A stretch of DNA of 64,000 bases from IMG/VR virus record IMGVR_UViG_3300008266_011401. One strand, written 5' to 3'. The stretch comes from an uncultured virus (IMG/VR IMGVR_UViG_3300008266_011401) (Duplodnaviria > Heunggongvirae > Uroviricota > Caudoviricetes). A model generated the notes under the pieces. That model searched no databases and had not been told where the DNA came from. It saw nothing but the letters and a program-made list of their open reading frames with translations. Positions within the stretch are counted from its first letter, which is position 1. Each line of letters begins with the position of its first letter. Below, one piece after another: positions 28,800 through 38,244 of this stretch. The position numbers and the translations under genes are program-made.

Positions 28800-29815
28800 A
28801 TAGAGGTAACCTGTTCGTTAATCCAGTGATATGTTTTGGTAATGCCGTCAACCAATGGAGAATTTGGCTCCCAATTGAGGTGTTGACGAATTAACCGATT
28901 GTCAGAGGAACGTCCACGAACCCCTAACGGACCTGGAATATGATTAATAGTTAACTTCTTACCAGCGATTCCCATAATCATATAAGCAAAATCGTTAATT
29001 GAAATCATTTCTTCCGAACCGATATTAACAGGACCAGTAAAATCTGAATGGGTTAACCGTAAGATACCTTCGACACATTCATCTACATAAAGGAATGAAC
29101 GGGTTTGCTTTCCGTCACCAAACATATCAATTGAACCACCTTCTGGTGTCTGCGCAATCTTTCTGCACATCGCAGCGGGTGCCTTTTCACGCCCACCTTC
29201 CCATGTCCCTTCTACACCATATACATTATGGAAACGAGCAATGCGTGGTTCTATGCCGAAGTTACGCTTGTACGACATATACAATCGTTCACTGAATAAT
29301 TTTTCCCATCCATATTCACTATCTGGGTTTGCTGGATATGCTGAACTTTCTTCACAGTTTGGATTATCTGGGTCTAACTGGTTATGCTCTGGATAGATAC
29401 ACGCCGATGACGAATAGAATACTCGTTTTAATCCCAACGTCACCATTGCTTTCAATGTATTTAAATTGATTAACGCCGAGTTGGTCATTACATTTGCGTC
29501 ATGCTCACCAGTAAAGATGTATGATGCTCCACCCATATCAGCAGCTAATTGATATACTTCGACATCGGTACGGCCCAAACTTAATGCGTTCAAGCATGTT
29601 TGATAATCCGATAAATCTCCGTGTACAACATCGTCTGCAAATGTGTTTACATCACAATGTTCTGGAAGTTTAATATCTGCCACACGAACCCAGTAACCTT
29701 CGTTCTGTAATCGTCGTGCGAGGTGGTGGCCTATAAAACCACAACCACCGAGTACCACAGCGACTTTATCCGCTGTGCTCAGTGGTTTTTTACTAACGTT
29801 ACCTTCTTCTGTCAT
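28796..29815 (-). CDS. GDP-mannose 3,5-epimerase-like protein
   Basis: GGCGFIG, AADMGG, SSACIYPE, YGWEK, GGREKAPAA.CRK, GVRGR.SDN. Confidence 0.88.
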   Translation of the reverse strand: MTEEGNVSKKPLSTADKVAVVLGGCGFIGHHLARRLQNEGYWVRVADIKLPEHCDVNTFADDVVHGDLSDYQTCLNALSLGRTDVEVYQLAADMGGASYIFTGEHDANVMTNSALINLNTLKAMVTLGLKRVFYSSSACIYPEHNQLDPDNPNCEESSAYPANPDSEYGWEKLFSERLYMSYKRNFGIEPRIARFHNVYGVEGTWEGGREKAPAAMCRKIAQTPEGGSIDMFGDGKQTRSFLYVDECVEGILRLTHSDFTGPVNIGSEEMISINDFAYMIMGIAGKKLTINHIPGPLGVRGRSSDNRLIRQHLNWEPNSPLVDGITKTYHWINEQVTSI

Positions 29816-29975
29816 GTAACCCTTCCTATTGTATTAGTTTTATTCTTTTGCTACTGCTACGTGCTTACCAGTACAGATGTAGTACCAAACAGTCCACCAT
29901 TCTTTTTCTGGTATATATCTTTTTAAGTTTATTCTATCTTGTTTTGATTCCGTTAATGGGTGTTCTGTTATAACA

Positions 29976-30359
29976 TTATTCCCCATACATATTCTCCGTT
30001 ACGTTTTCTTCTGTCTTTAACACAGTTTTCTTAATGAATACTTCACGTAACGTAGATATCTTCGTTAATAAATAGGTTCGATAGGGTCTGTCACCAACGA
30101 AATTTGAGTTTTTGAAACGGTCGTAAATTACCTGAGTATCAGTTTCATCACCAATCAATTTAAATATTTGACCAAGTTTTTCTGGTGTTAGAGAACCCAG
30201 TGACAAAGCGTGCATTTTACCTTCCCAATTGGGATTGAGTACGAGTGCATATTTCTGCTCATTATCGTAGGTAAACTGCACCACTTTGCCAGTAGTCAAA
30301 TCTTTTCGAGAAACGAAAGTACGAACACCTAATGTACCTTTATACCCTTCTATTGCCAT
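29976..30359 (-). CDS. Hypothetical protein
   Basis: 127-aa coupled ORF. Confidence 0.55.
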   Translation of the reverse strand: MAIEGYKGTLGVRTFVSRKDLTTGKVVQFTYDNEQKYALVLNPNWEGKMHALSLGSLTPEKLGQIFKLIGDETDTQVIYDRFKNSNFVGDRPYRTYLLTKISTLREVFIKKTVLKTEENVTENMYGE

Positions 30360-31666
30360 TAGTTAATCTTCTTTAATGTTGGAAGAACCAATTTAGTTTC
30401 AACGGAAAATTGTGGAACATATTTGTCTAACAACTCAACTGTTCTGTTAAAAATAGTTTGATACGAGAACTTCTTAACATTTTGTTTTGCTAACAACTGT
30501 GCCTTCTTTTTAAAATTACTGTAATTCTTAAATACGGCGTACATTGCGTTTGCTGATTGGTTCATATCAGGAGCGAACCACGTAGACTCCCGAATCAATA
30601 CACCGTCCCACACAGAACTTTCGTGGATAGGTTTGAGTTCACCACCAATTAGTAATGAATTGTCTTTATCCAAGAAATCAAGTTGACCACTCCATCCAGA
30701 TGCGATTACGGGTTTGCCACTAATTGATGCTTCAAGTAATGGTCTACCAAACCCTTCACCCTTGGTTAAACTTACGTGTGCTTTTACCTTTGAGTGGTTA
30801 TATAAAGAATTCATTTCTTTGTCTGTTAACTCACCATGCAATAAATAAATATTCGGCATGCTCTGTCCAACGTTCAAAGTAACAGATTTCTTGATTTGTT
30901 CTATTTTCTTTAATATATCTTCTCTGTCCAAGATAGAAAATCCAGCACTACTAGTTTTTAAAATAAGCGCAGGCTTTTCTTTTTCTGGAACTTGTCGGAA
31001 TGTTTCAAGGAATATTTTCACCAACAGTGCAACATTCTTACGGTCCTCTCCAAATTCACCACGGAGCCAGTGACCAACGAAAAGATAACAGAACTTCTCT
31101 GGGATGCTATCCAATGTTTCTCGTATTTTTGGCTCTAAATTAAAATCATATTCGATTTTTTTAAATATGTTATTGTCAATACAATTGTGTAATACTTCAA
31201 TTGGTTTGGTGACTGCTAGTTCACCAATGATATTACCTTGTTGATTTTGCTGTGAGTACTTTGAGAAATGAAAAACATTCTTTGAGTGTTCGGAAATAGT
31301 CAGTACTAAATCCATTTTATTACATGCTTGTATCCATTCAGCAGAAGCCACGGTGGTTTCAATGCCGGCGGTTATACCGATATTGTACTTTCCTAACGGT
31401 TCAAATTCTGTTGGGATGGTAATTGTAACATACAATGATGGTTGTGGTAATTGTCCACCACGAATGATTCTATCCAAAATCATTTTGTCCTTTGGATTAG
31501 TTTCATCCAGTGCATTCATAGGAGTATCACCCCACGGTACACTGTGCACCTTCACATCAAACTTATCCCATTCAATGATGTGACGGATAATGTCTCTACT
31601 CATATCACCATAACCAGAACGAGTCTGGCATGGTGCTCTAACTATACATAACGGTTTGCCTGTCAT
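30359..31666 (-). CDS. Glycosyltransferase family 4-like (GT-B)
   Basis: RKN, GEGFGRPLLEA, WSGQLDF. Confidence 0.88.
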   Translation of the reverse strand: MTGKPLCIVRAPCQTRSGYGDMSRDIIRHIIEWDKFDVKVHSVPWGDTPMNALDETNPKDKMILDRIIRGGQLPQPSLYVTITIPTEFEPLGKYNIGITAGIETTVASAEWIQACNKMDLVLTISEHSKNVFHFSKYSQQNQQGNIIGELAVTKPIEVLHNCIDNNIFKKIEYDFNLEPKIRETLDSIPEKFCYLFVGHWLRGEFGEDRKNVALLVKIFLETFRQVPEKEKPALILKTSSAGFSILDREDILKKIEQIKKSVTLNVGQSMPNIYLLHGELTDKEMNSLYNHSKVKAHVSLTKGEGFGRPLLEASISGKPVIASGWSGQLDFLDKDNSLLIGGELKPIHESSVWDGVLIRESTWFAPDMNQSANAMYAVFKNYSNFKKKAQLLAKQNVKKFSYQTIFNRTVELLDKYVPQFSVETKLVLPTLKKIN

Positions 31667-31667
31667 A

Positions 31668-33068
31668 TTATGCCTTCACCAAAGTAAAACGTTCCCGTGG
31701 GGTCCAATTATCCCACGCATTTTCCATATGTTCGATAAATAATTCACACATACGTTCTGCCGTAAATTGTCCAGCTCCAAGTGCGTATTGACGACCCAAC
31801 TCACCACGGCGTTTACGTTCCTCACGCGACATCTTATACACTTCCATTATCTTCTCCGCTGCTTCTTCCCACGAACAACGGTCATCAAAAATGTACGGGG
31901 TCAACGGAGAACCTTGTAAAGAACGACTTACTGGAAATAATGGGAATGCCCATTCACCGTGATTCTTGAAACGTCCATCGTGATTACTACCCCAATCATA
32001 ATTGAAATCACGTTCAGGGTCAAGGTACTCACCTTCATCATTTGTGAATCCACACTGGTCTTGCAATCCACCCGTGACATTAACAATGATTGGTGTACCA
32101 GCAACTAGACTTTCACACGTACCCAAACCAAAACCTTCGTTACTAGACATATTAATGGTAACGTCTGCGATGTTATACAGAATGTTGATATGCTTCGATT
32201 CAATGCGTTCGTTTGAGAAAATAACATACTTTTCTAATTCTGGCATTACGTCACGAATCACCACAGGTAAGTCAGTACCGTGTTCATCAACGGGTTGTGT
32301 ATGTAATACAAGACGGCACTTTGAACGTTCTTCTTCTGGTAGCTTTTTCATAAACGTGTTAAATGCCAACAGAATATCCGATGTCATCTTTCTACGAATA
32401 TTTCTACTATTGTAGAACACTACATATTTAACGTCTTGACCGTTAAACAATCGTTCACGAACTTCCAAGAGTTCTTTGTCATCTTCTGGTAGTGGATGGA
32501 ACTTCTTTGTATCAATTCCATGTGGAATGTAGGATAGTGACCACGGAGCACGTGGTTCCTTTCTTGATACGTGCTTTACGATATTGTAGGTTTGTTTACT
32601 AATACATCCAATCCAATCATCGGAACGATAATAATTTTCATTATAGAATGGATACGGAAGGTCATCCCAAATAGCGTAGAAGAACATAGGAATCTTTTGA
32701 CGAATCTCATGCTCAATCTGATATAACCAAATCCAATATCTTGGGTCTGTGAAATGGAGAATAGCATCTGGCTTTTCTAATTCTATTAACTGACGAATCA
32801 ATCTACTGTCACCGTATCCATTATAGGGAACAATCTTAACACTAGCGTCAGTCAATCCAACTTCATTATTAATTGCGTCGGACATATCAATCATTTTACC
32901 GGCCTCAGGATGAGAAACCGCTGCACCTACCTGTACCCAATTAAATCTATGCGAAGTTCCTTCAATTATTTCACGGGACATAACACCAACACCTGATGTT
33001 ACTCGCATATCGTCTGAGAGGAATAAAATCTTCTTACGTTGTTCTTTTGGAATATAACCGTGTTTCAT
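31668..33068 (-). CDS. Glycosyltransferase family 4-like (GT-B)
   Basis: PHGID, RNIRRK, NEGFGL..CES, TGGLQDQ. Confidence 0.88.
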   Translation of the reverse strand: MKHGYIPKEQRKKILFLSDDMRVTSGVGVMSREIIEGTSHRFNWVQVGAAVSHPEAGKMIDMSDAINNEVGLTDASVKIVPYNGYGDSRLIRQLIELEKPDAILHFTDPRYWIWLYQIEHEIRQKIPMFFYAIWDDLPYPFYNENYYRSDDWIGCISKQTYNIVKHVSRKEPRAPWSLSYIPHGIDTKKFHPLPEDDKELLEVRERLFNGQDVKYVVFYNSRNIRRKMTSDILLAFNTFMKKLPEEERSKCRLVLHTQPVDEHGTDLPVVIRDVMPELEKYVIFSNERIESKHINILYNIADVTINMSSNEGFGLGTCESLVAGTPIIVNVTGGLQDQCGFTNDEGEYLDPERDFNYDWGSNHDGRFKNHGEWAFPLFPVSRSLQGSPLTPYIFDDRCSWEEAAEKIMEVYKMSREERKRRGELGRQYALGAGQFTAERMCELFIEHMENAWDNWTPRERFTLVKA

Positions 33069-33092
33069 CTAAACTCCTATAATATTTTTATT

Positions 33093-34190
33093 TTAAAATG
33101 CTATAATTTCACTGCCACCACCACCTCCACCGCCACCACCACTATCTCCGTGTTGTATGTAGGTATCTGTGTGTGGAATTATTTCCGTATCGGAATGAGG
33201 AATGTCTGAGTGTGGTACATATGTGTCATTATGAACTGGTGTATCCGTATGCTGTGTGTCGGTGTGTTGCACCTGTGTATCATTATGCACCGTATCGTTG
33301 TGTGATGTATCTGCGTGTGTTGTGTCGTTGTGTGTGGTATCCGCGTGTTGAACAACAACGGTATCTAAATGCCCAGCTGCTCCATCAGCACCAGGCGTCC
33401 CTGCTGCACCGGCAGGTCCTGGTGGACCTGGTGGACCTGGGGTCATAGCCCTATCCAACGCTGCTTGTGCTGATTGTGCCGCTGCAGCTGCGGAAGCCGC
33501 TGCAGCTTGAGCCGTTGCAAGGGCTTGTTGTGCTAATGCACGTACAGGAGCAACTTGTGATTCTACGTACGCTACAATTCTACGCCAATACGGACCATCA
33601 AGATATTCATAAATTGGTGTACCGACATCTTCTGCAAATATTCTGTTACCTTTTTTTGCCGTAGAATCTTCACGGGTACGTTGTGCTTGTGGAACGAATT
33701 TCGCATTTAAATGCGTTTCAATCATATCATTCAATTCGTTATTTGTTCTGAATAATTGACCCGTTGCCTGTGTTAACGTAGGTGTTTGTGGTGGTGTAAC
33801 CGTTACCGGAGTAGTATCCGTTACGGGTTGTGGTATTTCTTGTGCAGGTGTAAACGATTGTGGTGGATAGAAATTGGCACCAATACCCTTGTCAGGCAAC
33901 AATCGTAGGTATACACCACCTGGAGCGATTTCATCATAATCACCAGTGAACAATCCACTTCTGTATGCATTGAATAGTTCCTCTGCATCAACATAGTCTG
34001 GATTAATGAACACCCAACCACCCGAAGTTGTTGCGGTACTTAATACGTTGGCTGGTAAATTATTTAATTTACGAGTTTCCTCTGCACGTTCTGGTGTAAT
34101 TACTATACGGCTGTATTTGCCAGAATTAAATTCGGCTACATCCCCGGCTCCAGCCGCAAAATATATATCTTGTTTTGTTGGTATAGCCAT
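33093..34190 (-). CDS. Collagen-like protein with C-terminal His-x-Asp repeats
   Basis: Ala-rich helix, GPPGPPGPAGAAGTPGADGAAG, 13 HxD motifs, poly-Gly tail. Confidence 0.8.
   Translation of the reverse strand: MAIPTKQDIYFAAGAGDVAEFNSGKYSRIVITPERAEETRKLNNLPANVLSTATTSGGWVFINPDYVDAEELFNAYRSGLFTGDYDEIAPGGVYLRLLPDKGIGANFYPPQSFTPAQEIPQPVTDTTPVTVTPPQTPTLTQATGQLFRTNNELNDMIETHLNAKFVPQAQRTREDSTAKKGNRIFAEDVGTPIYEYLDGPYWRRIVAYVESQVAPVRALAQQALATAQAAAASAAAAAQSAQAALDRAMTPGPPGPPGPAGAAGTPGADGAAGHLDTVVVQHADTTHNDTTHADTSHNDTVHNDTQVQHTDTQHTDTPVHNDTYVPHSDIPHSDTEIIPHTDTYIQHGDSGGGGGGGGGSEIIAF
33144..33371 (-). repeat. Coding repeat of 13 HxD(T) motifs
   Basis: HLD,HAD,HND,HAD,HND,HND,HTD,HTD,HND,HSD,HSD,HTD,HGD. 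Confidence 0.9.
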
Positions 34191-34199
34191 ATAATTCTC

Positions 34200-34364
34200 T
34201 TATAAAGTGATACTACCGGACATACTAGAAGAAATAAAATTAGACCATAACTTTTCTGTAATGGTACTTGCAACAAACCCGTTAAGTTTACAAAACTCAC
34301 GAATGTGTTGATTTATTTCTTTCGTAATTTGCACGGTAGTATATGAATATTTATCTTTTCTCAT
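34200..34364 (-). CDS. Small ribbon-helix-helix-like protein (54 aa)
   Basis: Hand-translated MRKDKYSYTTVQITKEINQHIREFCKLNG... Confidence 0.5.
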   Translation of the reverse strand: MRKDKYSYTTVQITKEINQHIREFCKLNGFVASTITEKLWSNFISSSMSGSITL

Positions 34365-34387
34365 GTTTGACCTTTTCTATAACCTTC

Positions 34388-34397
34388 TATAAATAGT
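34388..34397 (-). promoter_or_regulatory. Putative late promoter motif ACTATTTATA
   Basis: Identical intergenic copy, 24 nt upstream of an ATG. Confidence 0.55.
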
Positions 34398-34399
34398 GG

Positions 34400-35077
34400 T
34401 CAAACTGCCAAAAGTTCGTTTATATCCAAAATTCTATATGTCATTCCCTTAACAACCCTATGCATATGTCCTGAATAAACCATAGGTGTTCCCAGTGCAT
34501 GCCATAAAGTTTCAATCTGCTTCTGCGTCGGATCTTCCCAATCCAATCCCACATCAAATTGAAGTTTTGCGGAGTTATCAAAATGTTCTTCGATAACACT
34601 GTTGGGTGGGCAATGCGTAATAAACATATCAATAGTCTTACCCTCTGCATTATTCAGCATACGAGTATATTGTTCATCACTGATAAGTTCGTTTTCATCC
34701 CAATGCATTCCGTCCGCCAATCTCCACTTTTTGTCAATGGATGCTGCACCACCCATAAATGCGATGGTCCGACCATCCAACTCCATTACTGTTCCACGAG
34801 GAATATAATAGAATGGAATGTCTGGATATACTTGTGAGACTTCCGTGTAACTAATCCAACGGGTGCAATCATCGTGGTTACCATCAATAAAATACACGGG
34901 AACTGATGACCTATTCAATACATTTTTAAATTGCTCTTCATTATCCATTCCATGTCCACGGAACAAACAAAAATCACCGACTTGAATAATGGCAGCGGCA
35001 CCGACTTGTCCAGCTAAATCAATAGCTCTCTCCATTACTTTGTAATCACCGTGAATATCACCTAATAGTAAAATCAT
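34400..35077 (-). CDS. Metallophosphoesterase
   Basis: GDIHG, VGD, GNHD, TH, GHMH. Confidence 0.93.
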   Translation of the reverse strand: MILLLGDIHGDYKVMERAIDLAGQVGAAAIIQVGDFCLFRGHGMDNEEQFKNVLNRSSVPVYFIDGNHDDCTRWISYTEVSQVYPDIPFYYIPRGTVMELDGRTIAFMGGAASIDKKWRLADGMHWDENELISDEQYTRMLNNAEGKTIDMFITHCPPNSVIEEHFDNSAKLQFDVGLDWEDPTQKQIETLWHALGTPMVYSGHMHRVVKGMTYRILDINELLAV

Positions 35078-35079
35078 AA

Positions 35080-35439
35080 TTACCGTCCGTATCTGTCTTT
35101 TATTCGTACCAAATCATCCAAATGATTTGTAGATGCTTCTAATACTTGCATATCTTCAAACGCTTCAACGGAATGAACTTGTGTTGGTGGGATATGAATT
35201 GAATCTCCTGGATTCATAACATATACTGCTGTCAACACGGGTACGTTTTCTTCCATTGTATAAAATTTAACAATACCTTTACCAGACAACACATACATAG
35301 TTTCGTCTTTGTGGTGATGATATTGAATACTCAAAGATTCACCACCGCGAATATTTAAAATTTTTCCTACATAATGTTCCGTATGTGCCCAAATGGTTTC
35401 ACTTCCCCAGGGTTTATTTATAAACTTAACTTCATTCAT
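35080..35439 (-). CDS. Cupin (mannose-6-phosphate isomerase type II-like)
   Basis: KPWG, LSIQYHHHKDET, H, DLVRIKDRYGR. Confidence 0.85.
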   Translation of the reverse strand: MNEVKFINKPWGSETIWAHTEHYVGKILNIRGGESLSIQYHHHKDETMYVLSGKGIVKFYTMEENVPVLTAVYVMNPGDSIHIPPTQVHSVEAFEDMQVLEASTNHLDDLVRIKDRYGR

Positions 35440-35674
35440 CTTTGTTTAACTCATTTTCATAAAAGTAATTTACTACTGCATCATTAAATGCATCTTCGTC
35501 AAATGTCAGTCCCACCATCAAGGTTTTAAATGCCTCGAACACTTCATTTGAAGTACTATCCATAGGAATTTCAATACTGATTTTTCGATTGTAACTTGAT
35601 GCCGTCAAAGTCAGTTCATTGTATTTATATTTTTCATACATCGGATTTAATATCTCCATTTCGGACGAGTTCAC
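35432..35674 (-). CDS. Hypothetical protein
   Basis: Coupled ORF. Confidence 0.5.
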   Translation of the reverse strand: MNSSEMEILNPMYEKYKYNELTLTASSYNRKISIEIPMDSTSNEVFEAFKTLMVGLTFDEDAFNDAVVNYFYENELNKDE

Positions 35675-35870
35675 TGAACAAATTCATCGTACTATTAAAC
35701 TTCTGATTATATAGTGTACGCATCCCAAACAACATATTCAACAACTGGTCTTGATGTACTGGTGAAATATCACTGTCTGCAATATACTCAGAAATCGTAT
35801 CCATATCATCCGTCACATTCCAACACTGCATAATTTTCTGTTCCAGTAGAAATCGGTCACGCTTTTCCAT
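35634..35870 (-). CDS. Hypothetical phage protein
   Basis: DRF.LEQ.IM.CW.V.DD pattern; GGAG RBS. Confidence 0.6.
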   Translation of the reverse strand: MEKRDRFLLEQKIMQCWNVTDDMDTISEYIADSDISPVHQDQLLNMLFGMRTLYNQKFNSTMNLFSELVRNGDIKSDV

Positions 35871-36117
35871 TGTTTTTCTCCTTTGGTAGATACACGGTGC
35901 CACCACACTCTTCAATAAAAGTAATAAACTCTTCAAGACTTGCTCCTGCAAACAACGCTTTGTCAGGCCACTTCGTCAACCACATAATCTTATTCCACTG
36001 CCACATCTGCCGAATGAAATTGAAACATCCATCGGTATCCTGCCACGGCCAGGTCTTAATCAGTTCCAATGCATGTTCCGTAGGATATCCTTCTTCGTCA
36101 TCATATTGTATCCGCAA
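35857..36117 (-). CDS. Hypothetical protein
   Basis: D..GYPT...L..I..W pattern. Confidence 0.55.
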   Translation of the reverse strand: MRIQYDDEEGYPTEHALELIKTWPWQDTDGCFNFIRQMWQWNKIMWLTKWPDKALFAGASLEEFITFIEECGGTVYLPKEKNNGKA

Positions 36118-36496
36118 TTAGTTTTTTAAATTTGGTTGTTGACCAACCGTGGTCACGGTTAATCCAATAGACAGGACAAAATCCCTTACCAGTATAATTC
36201 TTGTCTTTATAATCTTCACCAAGAAATCTAATAGAAGGATTGTATAAAATCAATAGCCTCCACAAATCGTGTTCTGTATTATAAGGTACTATTTCATCAA
36301 TATATCTAATACCTTGTAATATCTCTGTGCGTTCCTCTACCGATAAAATAGGCTTAATCTTTTCTGGTCGTTCAATAGTAGGGTCTGTATGAAGGAATAC
36401 CATAAACTTATCACAGTTTGCCTTACACTCCTTGAACATCTTCATATAACCAGGATGTATGATGTCAAAGTTTCCGGCGATTACTCCCAACCTCAT
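36101..36496 (-). CDS. Cytidylyltransferase (TagD/RfaE-like)
   Basis: GNFDIIHPGY, ER, G.DY, R.HGWSTT. Confidence 0.85.
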   Translation of the reverse strand: MRLGVIAGNFDIIHPGYMKMFKECKANCDKFMVFLHTDPTIERPEKIKPILSVEERTEILQGIRYIDEIVPYNTEHDLWRLLILYNPSIRFLGEDYKDKNYTGKGFCPVYWINRDHGWSTTKFKKLIADTI

Positions 36497-37104
36497 AGAT
36501 ACATCTCCTTGACATAATCCCATACGATAATATTCATTGCGGCACTGACGTTGAACGACCTGAGGACTCCGCGTTGCGGAATACTGACTTTATAAAAATG
36601 TTCGTTGTTCACCACTACTTCTGGAAGTCCGTGACTTTCACTTCCGAACACAAACAACGGACGGTCTACTTCCTCTTTGTAGAGTTGCTTAGTCCGATAT
36701 GAACCAATCTCTCGACCACCGTGTTCACAGAGTATCACACTATTCCATTTCAGCAAATACTCCAATCGTTCGTTGATTTCGGTATCCGCGTGTATCGGGT
36801 CATCAAACGTATACTGGACGATATTAATATATTTCTCAGCCCCTACTGTGGACCGCTTATCGAATTTCTTTCGTCCAAAGATATAGAAGTTCTCTGCACC
36901 CAATAGACACGCAGACCGAATCATCATTCCGATATTGAGTTCACCCGTAATATTGATACATCCCACGGAGAACCTACGTTGTTCACTAAGCGTTATAGCA
37001 ACATTCTGTTCATAGGTATTGGTCTTGTATTCATCTCGAACATTAAAGTGATTACTCGCGGTATCTGCGATAATTTTACTATAATTGACCATTGGATTAT
37101 CCAT
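36493..37104 (-). CDS. SpoU/TrmH-family RNA 2'-O-methyltransferase
   Basis: NIGMMIRSA, FGSESHGLP, IPQ.G..RSFNVSAA. Confidence 0.92.
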   Translation of the reverse strand: MDNPMVNYSKIIADTASNHFNVRDEYKTNTYEQNVAITLSEQRRFSVGCINITGELNIGMMIRSACLLGAENFYIFGRKKFDKRSTVGAEKYINIVQYTFDDPIHADTEINERLEYLLKWNSVILCEHGGREIGSYRTKQLYKEEVDRPLFVFGSESHGLPEVVVNNEHFYKVSIPQRGVLRSFNVSAAMNIIVWDYVKEMYL

Positions 37105-38005
37105 TCAACACCTTTGCTTTTTTGATTTTGTAAAATGATTCAGAACAATACGTTTCCTTATCGTTATACACACAATACTTACAACTATCTTTACTTGGTG
37201 TCGCGGTAATCAAATCCGTACGATAGTTTCCTTCACCATCAAAACACTCATTCAAGAACTTTTCAATATGTCCCCATGCACGGTTAACCGAAGGTTTTCC
37301 GTTAGACGGTTCGAAGGTGCTCACACGAGGAATGGGATATGGACTGTTCTCACTAATAATACGCTTGAGAATAATAAACTCCGTCCCAATCATTTCGAGT
37401 GGAGTATTAAACTTTTCAGAGATGAACTTCTTGTACAACAAAATCTGATTCAGTTTAATATGGTCACTCTTCTGTGCCTGCGTCCATCCAGACCGTGAGG
37501 TTTTCAAATCAATAATTGTAACCTTGCCCGTCTTTTCATTCTTGGTAATGATATCCACATACCCAATAAAGGTCACACCAGGACGAACTTCCGTTTCAAT
37601 AGGATATTCAATACCCGCAAGTACGGTGTCTTTTGACGGGAAAATCTTATTACGATGTTGCTGTACATACGACAGAATCTCACACCCTTGATTGTAAAAC
37701 TCCATTAGGGTTTTCTTATCACACAAGAATACTTTATTCCCGTTTGCATCAACCGTAGTGTTTTCTTGGAACAATGTAATGAACTTTGTTTTGAGGGGTT
37801 CACTGAGGTCCACACTCTTTGCAAGATTGTCCTTACCCGCATATACCGTAGTCTCCAACCATTCTTGGATAACTTCGTGCATGGCAGTACCGAACACGGT
37901 GTTAATTGATGCGTCATCAAATCGGACACCATCAACGTACTTCAACTTCCACGAGAGTGGACAGTTTGCCCACAACGAATACTGCGAGTAGCTAATCTTA
38001 TTCAT
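37097..38005 (-). CDS. PD-(D/E)XK nuclease (RecB/Cas4-like)
   Basis: ISYSQ..CP, FGTAMHE, GYVD, IIDLKT, Q..LY, CKYC. Confidence 0.88.
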   Translation of the reverse strand: MNKISYSQYSLWANCPLSWKLKYVDGVRFDDASINTVFGTAMHEVIQEWLETTVYAGKDNLAKSVDLSEPLKTKFITLFQENTTVDANGNKVFLCDKKTLMEFYNQGCEILSYVQQHRNKIFPSKDTVLAGIEYPIETEVRPGVTFIGYVDIITKNEKTGKVTIIDLKTSRSGWTQAQKSDHIKLNQILLYKKFISEKFNTPLEMIGTEFIILKRIISENSPYPIPRVSTFEPSNGKPSVNRAWGHIEKFLNECFDGEGNYRTDLITATPSKDSCKYCVYNDKETYCSESFYKIKKAKVLNG

Positions 38006-38244
38006 TCGATACCATCCAAGAGTTTCTGCATAGTTTTCTGTTCACGTTTATCGTAAGAGTTTACGGGCGTTTTATTGTTTGTGTGGTCTAGTATAACTTG
38101 TACAGCATCCTTCACCACTTGTAAATCATTCACTCGAAATTCAAGTGGTCCATGTCCTTCTAACTCAATAAGGATACTCATTTTACCTGTGAACTTCAAG
38201 TTAAGTTCTTTTTCTGATTTAGTTTTCTTCTTCGGCATCGTCAT
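38002..38244 (-). CDS. Hypothetical protein
   Basis: Coupled ORF; start refined. Confidence 0.5.
   Translation of the reverse strand: MTMPKKKTKSEKELNLKFTGKMSILIELEGHGPLEFRVNDLQVVKDAVQVILDHTNNKTPVNSYDKREQKTMQKLLDGIE

Noticed and set aside
37097..38005. CRISPR-Cas system (Cas4-like nuclease)
   Set aside because: No repeat-spacer array or other cas genes were seen; stand-alone nucleases of this type are common in phages.
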